DNA from: Gemmatimonadota bacterium
GTDB taxonomy: Bacteria > Gemmatimonadota > Gemmatimonadetes > Longimicrobiales > RSA9
Direction of reading: 5' to 3'
DNA: 55,396 nt
NCBI GenBank assembly: GCA_017881445.1
Contig: JADGQX010000004.1
Location: 1-55,396 of the forward strand
Part shown: positions 50,739 to 55,396 of the stretch, piece by piece
Position numbering within the stretch: position 1 is the first letter of the stretch
Layout: the number at the start of each line of letters is the position of its first letter
Program-made: the position numbers and the translations under genes
Notes under the pieces: model-generated
Databases searched by the model: none
What the model was told of the DNA's origin: nothing
The model's input: the letters and a program-made list of their open reading frames with translations, nothing else

Positions 50739-53003
50739 CTACTTGTTCAGGTTCTCCGGCATGCACCCGGGCTTGAGCCATGTGCACATCACGGCGGTGT
50801 TGTCCTTGGTGATGAGCATGTAGCTCTGCAGGTTGTAGGCGGCGCCGTGGGCGCCGGGCGGGAAGAAGCGCAGCTCGGCGTCCTTGCCGGCGTTGGCCAG
50901 GGCGGTGAGCAGCTGCATGGTGTTCTGCGGATGGACGTTCTCGTCCATGGCCGAGTGGATCAGGAGCAGGTGGCCCTTGAGGTTGCCCGCCATGGGCAGG
51001 GCCGAGGTGTTGTGGTAGGCCATGGTGTCGGCGTCCAGCAGTCCCATGTAGCGCTCGGTGTAGATGGTGTCGTACAGGCGCCAGTCGGTGACGGGCGAGT
51101 TGGCCTCGCCCAGGGCGAAGACGCCCGGGTGCTTGAGCATGGTGTAGACGGTGCTGTAGCCGCCGTAGCTGGTGCCCTGGATGGCCATGTGGTCGCCATC
51201 GACGTAGGGCTGCTTCGCGAGGTACTGCGCCACCTCGACGAAGTCGTGGCTTTCCCAGTTACCCAGGTTCTTGTAGACGATCTTCATGAAGTCGGCGCCG
51301 TAGTTGCCGGAGCCGCGGTTGTTCAGCCCCACCACGATGTAGCCCTGCTGCGCCAGCCACTGGTACCAGCCGCTGCCGTTCCAGGAGTTGTAGACCTGCT
51401 GGGAGCCGGGTCCACCGTAGATGGAGAGCAGGACCGGGTATTTCTTCGAGCCGTCGGTAGCCATGTCGGGCGGTCGGATCATGAAGCCGTCGAGCTTGAC
51501 GCCGTCGCCGGTGGTGAAGCTGAAGTTGTACTGCTGCGAGTATGCGTGGGTCTGCAGCCACGCCGTTGTCGCCGGATTGGCCTCGAGCGTGGCCAGCTTC
51601 TTCCCCGCCGTGCTCCACAGCTCGACCTGCCGCGGCTGTCCCGTATTCGACCAGCTGTCGATGTAGGTCTTGCCGCCTGGGGCCATGTTGATGCTGTGCG
51701 TGCCGGGCGCCTGGGTGAGGCGCCGCATGCCGCTGCCGTCGAAGCGGACGGAGTAGAGGTGGCGCTCCAGCGGCCCCATCTCGGTGGAGACGTAGTAGAC
51801 GGTCTTCGTCGCCGGGTCGATGCCTTCCACGCGCGTCACGGTGAACGGCCCCTTCGTCACCTGGTTCAGCAGCTTGCCGTCGTAGCCGTAGCGGTAGAGC
51901 TGCTGGTGGCCGTCGCGGTCGGAGATCCAGAAGAACTCGGGCGCCGCCTCCGGGAAGGTGAAGAAGTCGTTGACGCCGGCGAAGAAGTCGTAAACGTCGA
52001 TCCAGGTCTTCGACTCCTCCTCCATGACCAGTCGCCGGGCGCCGGTCTTCACATCGAAGAAATAGAGCCGCATGTGGTTCTGCGGCCGGTTCATGGCCAC
52101 CACGGCCAGGGTGCCCGGGTCGGAGGTCCAGTAGATGCGCGGGATGTAGTGGTCGTCCGGGTTGCCCGTGTCGAGCCACTGCCGCTGCCCGCTGGCGACG
52201 TCCACCACGCCGATCTTCACGGCCGGGTTGTGGTCGCCGACCTTGGGGTAGTTGATGCGGACCCAGCTTGGGTGGTGGCCCTCGTAATTGGTGATCTGCA
52301 CGAAGGGCACGCCCCGCTCGTCGGTCTGCCAGAAGGCGAGGTAGCGGCTGTCCGGCGACCACTTCCACGCCTGCGCCTCGCCGAACTCCTCCTCGTAGAC
52401 CCAGTCGTGCACGCCGTTGAAGACGCTGTCGTTGCCCTCGGTGGTGAGCGCGCGCTCCTGCCCGGCCGCCAGGTCGTAGACGTACATGTTGCCACCGCGC
52501 TCGAAGCCGACCAGCGTGCCGCTGGGCGCCAGCTCGGCCGTGCGCGCGTCCTTCGCCGCGACCTTGAGCTCCTTGGTCTGGACGTCGTACAGGTAGAAGT
52601 CGGAGAGGCCGGAGCGCCGGTAGATGGGCCGGAAGTTCGCCTGGAACATGATGTGCCTGGAGTCCGGCGCCCACTGGAAGGACTGGTAATCCAGTGGCTC
52701 GGTCGTGCCCGGCAGCGTCAGCGCGCGGTTGTCGAAAAGCAGCTCGTCCTGCAGCGTGCCCGGGTCGTAGCGGCGGACCTCGCGCGCCTGCCCGTTCATC
52801 TTCGTGTAGGAGAACTGCGCCCCGCGATTGATCCAGTTCACGCTGGACGGGCCGCCGCGTCCCGACAGCACGCCCTGCGACCTCAAGGCCTCCTCGATGG
52901 TGGCGAACTTCTGCTTTCCGGGCTGCTGCGCGCCCAGCGGCGCGGCCAGCAGCAGGCCCGCCACCACGGCGGCGCCCGCGCGACGGCCGAATCGAATGTC
53001 CAC
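50739..53003 (-). CDS. S9 family dipeptidyl peptidase IV
   Basis: Signal peptide, DWVYEEEF, YGGPGSQ, GTSYGG nucleophile, YDTIYTERYMG, DENVH. Confidence 0.94.
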   Translation of the reverse strand: MDIRFGRRAGAAVVAGLLLAAPLGAQQPGKQKFATIEEALRSQGVLSGRGGPSSVNWINRGAQFSYTKMNGQAREVRRYDPGTLQDELLFDNRALTLPGTTEPLDYQSFQWAPDSRHIMFQANFRPIYRRSGLSDFYLYDVQTKELKVAAKDARTAELAPSGTLVGFERGGNMYVYDLAAGQERALTTEGNDSVFNGVHDWVYEEEFGEAQAWKWSPDSRYLAFWQTDERGVPFVQITNYEGHHPSWVRINYPKVGDHNPAVKIGVVDVASGQRQWLDTGNPDDHYIPRIYWTSDPGTLAVVAMNRPQNHMRLYFFDVKTGARRLVMEEESKTWIDVYDFFAGVNDFFTFPEAAPEFFWISDRDGHQQLYRYGYDGKLLNQVTKGPFTVTRVEGIDPATKTVYYVSTEMGPLERHLYSVRFDGSGMRRLTQAPGTHSINMAPGGKTYIDSWSNTGQPRQVELWSTAGKKLATLEANPATTAWLQTHAYSQQYNFSFTTGDGVKLDGFMIRPPDMATDGSKKYPVLLSIYGGPGSQQVYNSWNGSGWYQWLAQQGYIVVGLNNRGSGNYGADFMKIVYKNLGNWESHDFVEVAQYLAKQPYVDGDHMAIQGTSYGGYSTVYTMLKHPGVFALGEANSPVTDWRLYDTIYTERYMGLLDADTMAYHNTSALPMAGNLKGHLLLIHSAMDENVHPQNTMQLLTALANAGKDAELRFFPPGAHGAAYNLQSYMLITKDNTAVMCTWLKPGCMPENLNK

Positions 53004-53151
53004 GCTCGTCCTCTCGACAGGGTTCAAAGCTGCGGCGCAGCAACCTTAGGCGACGACGCCGCCGCGGACAAGCGGGCGTGCCGGTAGATCCGTGGCGTCC
53101 CCGGTGGTACATTCCACCTCCGTCCGCTGGTACGCCCGAGGGAGGCCGGAC

Positions 53152-54465
53152 ATGGAGACGACGACAGACGCGATGCCGGGCGGTGTCGCCACGACGGCGG
53201 CCCGCCGCCAGTCGAGATTGGCGGCGGGTGTCGCCGGCTCGCAGATCCTGAAGATCTCGCGGGAGATCGCCGAGCTGGTGGCGCAGGGCCGCACGGTGTG
53301 CAACCTGACGATCGGCGACTTCAGCTCCGCGGAGTTCCGGATTCCGCCGGTCCTCGAGGAAGGCATCGTCCAGGCGCTGCGCGCCGGCGCCACCAACTAC
53401 CCGCCCTCGTTGGGCGTGCCGGCGCTGCGCGAGGCCATCCGGGAGCAATACTCGGCCGAGCTGGGACTGGACGTCCCCCTGGAGAACGTGCTGGTCACCG
53501 CGGGTGCCCGCCCGGGCATCTACGGCCTCTTCCGCGTCGTGGTCGATCCCGGAGACATCGTCGTCTTCCCCGTGCCGACCTGGAACAACACCTACTACGC
53601 CCTGCTCGTGGGCGCGCAGGGGATCCCCGTCGCCACCACGGCCGAGACGGCGTTCCTGCCCACGGCGGCCATGCTCGAGCGGCCGCTGCGCGGCGCCCGC
53701 TTGCTGGCGCTCAACTCGCCGCTCAACCCCGCAGGGACCTGCTTCGACGCAGAGGGGCTCGGCGCCATCTGCGACCTGGTGCTGGAGGAGAACGCCCGCC
53801 GCAAGGGCACGGGCGAGCGGCCGCTCTACCTCATGTACGACCAGGTCTACTGGATGCTCACCTACGGCGCGACCCGGCACGTGCACCCGCTGGCACTGAG
53901 GCCGGAGCTGGCGCCGTTCACGGTCTACATCGACGCGATCTCCAAGTCGTATGCCGCCACAGGGCTGCGCGTCGGCTGGGCGGTCGGGCCGGCGGACCTG
54001 CTCTCCCACATGTCCGATCTCCTGGGCCACGTCGGCGCCTGGGCCGCACCGCCCGTGCAGCTGGCCACGGCGGCGCTGCTGCGCGATCCGGGCGCCATCG
54101 CCGCCTTCCACGAGCCCATGAAGCTGGGGCTGCAGGCGCGGCTCGACCGCCTGTTCCATGGGCTCATGGACATGAAGGCGCGGGGGCTGCCGGTGGATGC
54201 ATTCCCACCCGCCGGCGCGATCTACCTGAGCGCCCGCTTCGCCCTGAACGGCCGCGTCCACGCCGACGGTCGCAGGCTCGAGACCAACGAGGACGTGCGC
54301 GAGTACCTGCTGCACGAGGCCGGGTTCGCCGCCGTGCCCTTCCAGGCCTTCGGCGTGACCGAGGACACCGGTTGGTTCCGCCTGTCCGCCGGCGCCGTGT
54401 CGCTGGAAGAGATCGACCGGGCGCTGCCCAGGGTGGAGGCCGCGGTCCGTGCCCTGAGCCGCTGA
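53152..54465 (+). CDS. Aminotransferase class I/II (aspartate aminotransferase-like)
   Basis: LNSPLNPAG, YDQVY, ISKSYAATGLRVGW. Confidence 0.93.
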   Translation: METTTDAMPGGVATTAARRQSRLAAGVAGSQILKISREIAELVAQGRTVCNLTIGDFSSAEFRIPPVLEEGIVQALRAGATNYPPSLGVPALREAIREQYSAELGLDVPLENVLVTAGARPGIYGLFRVVVDPGDIVVFPVPTWNNTYYALLVGAQGIPVATTAETAFLPTAAMLERPLRGARLLALNSPLNPAGTCFDAEGLGAICDLVLEENARRKGTGERPLYLMYDQVYWMLTYGATRHVHPLALRPELAPFTVYIDAISKSYAATGLRVGWAVGPADLLSHMSDLLGHVGAWAAPPVQLATAALLRDPGAIAAFHEPMKLGLQARLDRLFHGLMDMKARGLPVDAFPPAGAIYLSARFALNGRVHADGRRLETNEDVREYLLHEAGFAAVPFQAFGVTEDTGWFRLSAGAVSLEEIDRALPRVEAAVRALSR

Positions 54466-54498
54466 AGGCGCCCGGGCGAAAGGCCGGCTAGGCGCCGG

Positions 54499-55107
54499 CT
54501 AGGCGCGCTTCAGCACGACGGTGAAGGCGGAGCCGGCGCCCGGCTCGCTCTCGGCGACGATGTCGCCCTCCATCCCCCGGGCCAGGTCGCGGCTGATGGC
54601 GAGCCCCAGGCCCGTGCCTTCCGCGGTGCGCGTCAGGCTGGTGTTGACCTGCACGAAGGGGTCGAAGATCGACTCCAGCTTGTCCGGCGGGACGCCGACG
54701 CCGTGGTCCCGGACGTGGATGTGCACGGCGGCGTCGGGTGACTCCCCCGCGACGTCGCAGGACACCTCGATCGACCCGGCCGCGCCCTCGGGCGTGAACT
54801 TCACGGCGTTGGACAGAAGGTTGAGCAGGACCTGCTGGAGCTTGTCCCGGTCGGCAAGCACCCGCAGTGCCGGGTCGCAGCCGCCGAAGACGTAGCGCAG
54901 GCCGCGGGCGACGATCTGTGGCGCGATCAGCACCTCGGCGTCGGCGAGCACATCCACCACGGGCACCGGCGCGAGCTCGTAGCGGACCGTGCCGCTCTCC
55001 AGTCGCGCGTAGTTCAGGACCTCGTTGATGAGGGCCAGCAGATGCAGCTGGCTCTTCTGGATGCGCCCGAGGTCGTGGAGCTGCTCGGGCGAGACCGGCC
55101 CGCGCAC
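54499..55107 (-). pseudogene. Sensor histidine kinase C-terminal fragment (HATPase intact, H-box missing)
   Basis: NLLSNAVKFT, DHGVG, FDPF, GTGLGLAISR present; in-frame stop 8 codons upstream, no HELRTPL-type motif. Confidence 0.8.
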
Positions 55108-55154
55108 CCGAGCTATATTCGGGCCCTCTCAGACCAGGACACCAGGAGCCAGAC

Positions 55155-55396
55155 ATGACGGCCAATGTCCCGCAAGGGTCCGCACCCGCCGGACCGCTGT
55201 CCGCTGCCGAGCTGGAAGCCATGCACGCATACTGGCGCGCAGCCAACTACCTGTCGGTGGGACAGATCTACCTGCGCGACAATCCGCTGCTGCGCGAGCC
55301 GCTGCGGCTGGAGCACGTGAAGCCGCGGCTGCTCGGGCACTGGGGCACCACGCCCGGGCTGAACTTCATCTACGCGCACATGAACCGCGCCATCCG
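55155..55396 (+). CDS. xfp: Phosphoketolase (xylulose-5-P/fructose-6-P), 5' end, runs off the window
   Basis: AGGAG RBS; [26 protein letters not shown]...[20 protein letters not shown]. Confidence 0.95.
   Translation, partial: MTANVPQGSAPAGPLSAAELEAMHAYWRAANYLSVGQIYLRDNPLLREPLRLEHVKPRLLGHWGTTPGLNFIYAHMNRAI

Overview
A very GC-rich bacterial chromosomal segment. Gene families and protein style are suggestive of Gemmatimonadota, but this is an inference only. It is mostly housekeeping, transport and metabolic genes: a DEAD-box helicase tail, an SSS transporter, a namZ-ROK-MFS cluster, a MoCo-sulfurase-like PLP enzyme and a MarR/GbsR-TolC-MFP-RND efflux operon. It also holds a LacI-controlled beta-galactosidase locus (3 GH2 plus a clan GH-A hydrolase), DUF362, an acyl-CoA carboxyltransferase/OadG-like/biotin-carrier trio, Xaa-Pro peptidase, a 2-oxoacid oxidoreductase operon with a GltD-like/ferredoxin fusion, GH15, a Spy-like lipoprotein, DUF763, DPP-IV, an aminotransferase and the start of phosphoketolase. 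No rRNA, tRNA, CRISPR array, prophage or intact transposase was seen. Two things stand out. (1) A set of hairpin elements built from short-period (6, 7/14, 8, 9 bp) repeats in inverted orientation: one encloses a four-helix-bundle (23S rRNA IVP/Avd-like) gene, one is a solo arm at a deletion junction, several are empty, and one is inserted in frame inside the DUF763 gene. (2) Many gene remnants, most strikingly a sugar locus whose SusC/SusD-type transporter is gone except for the last ~13 codons of SusD.
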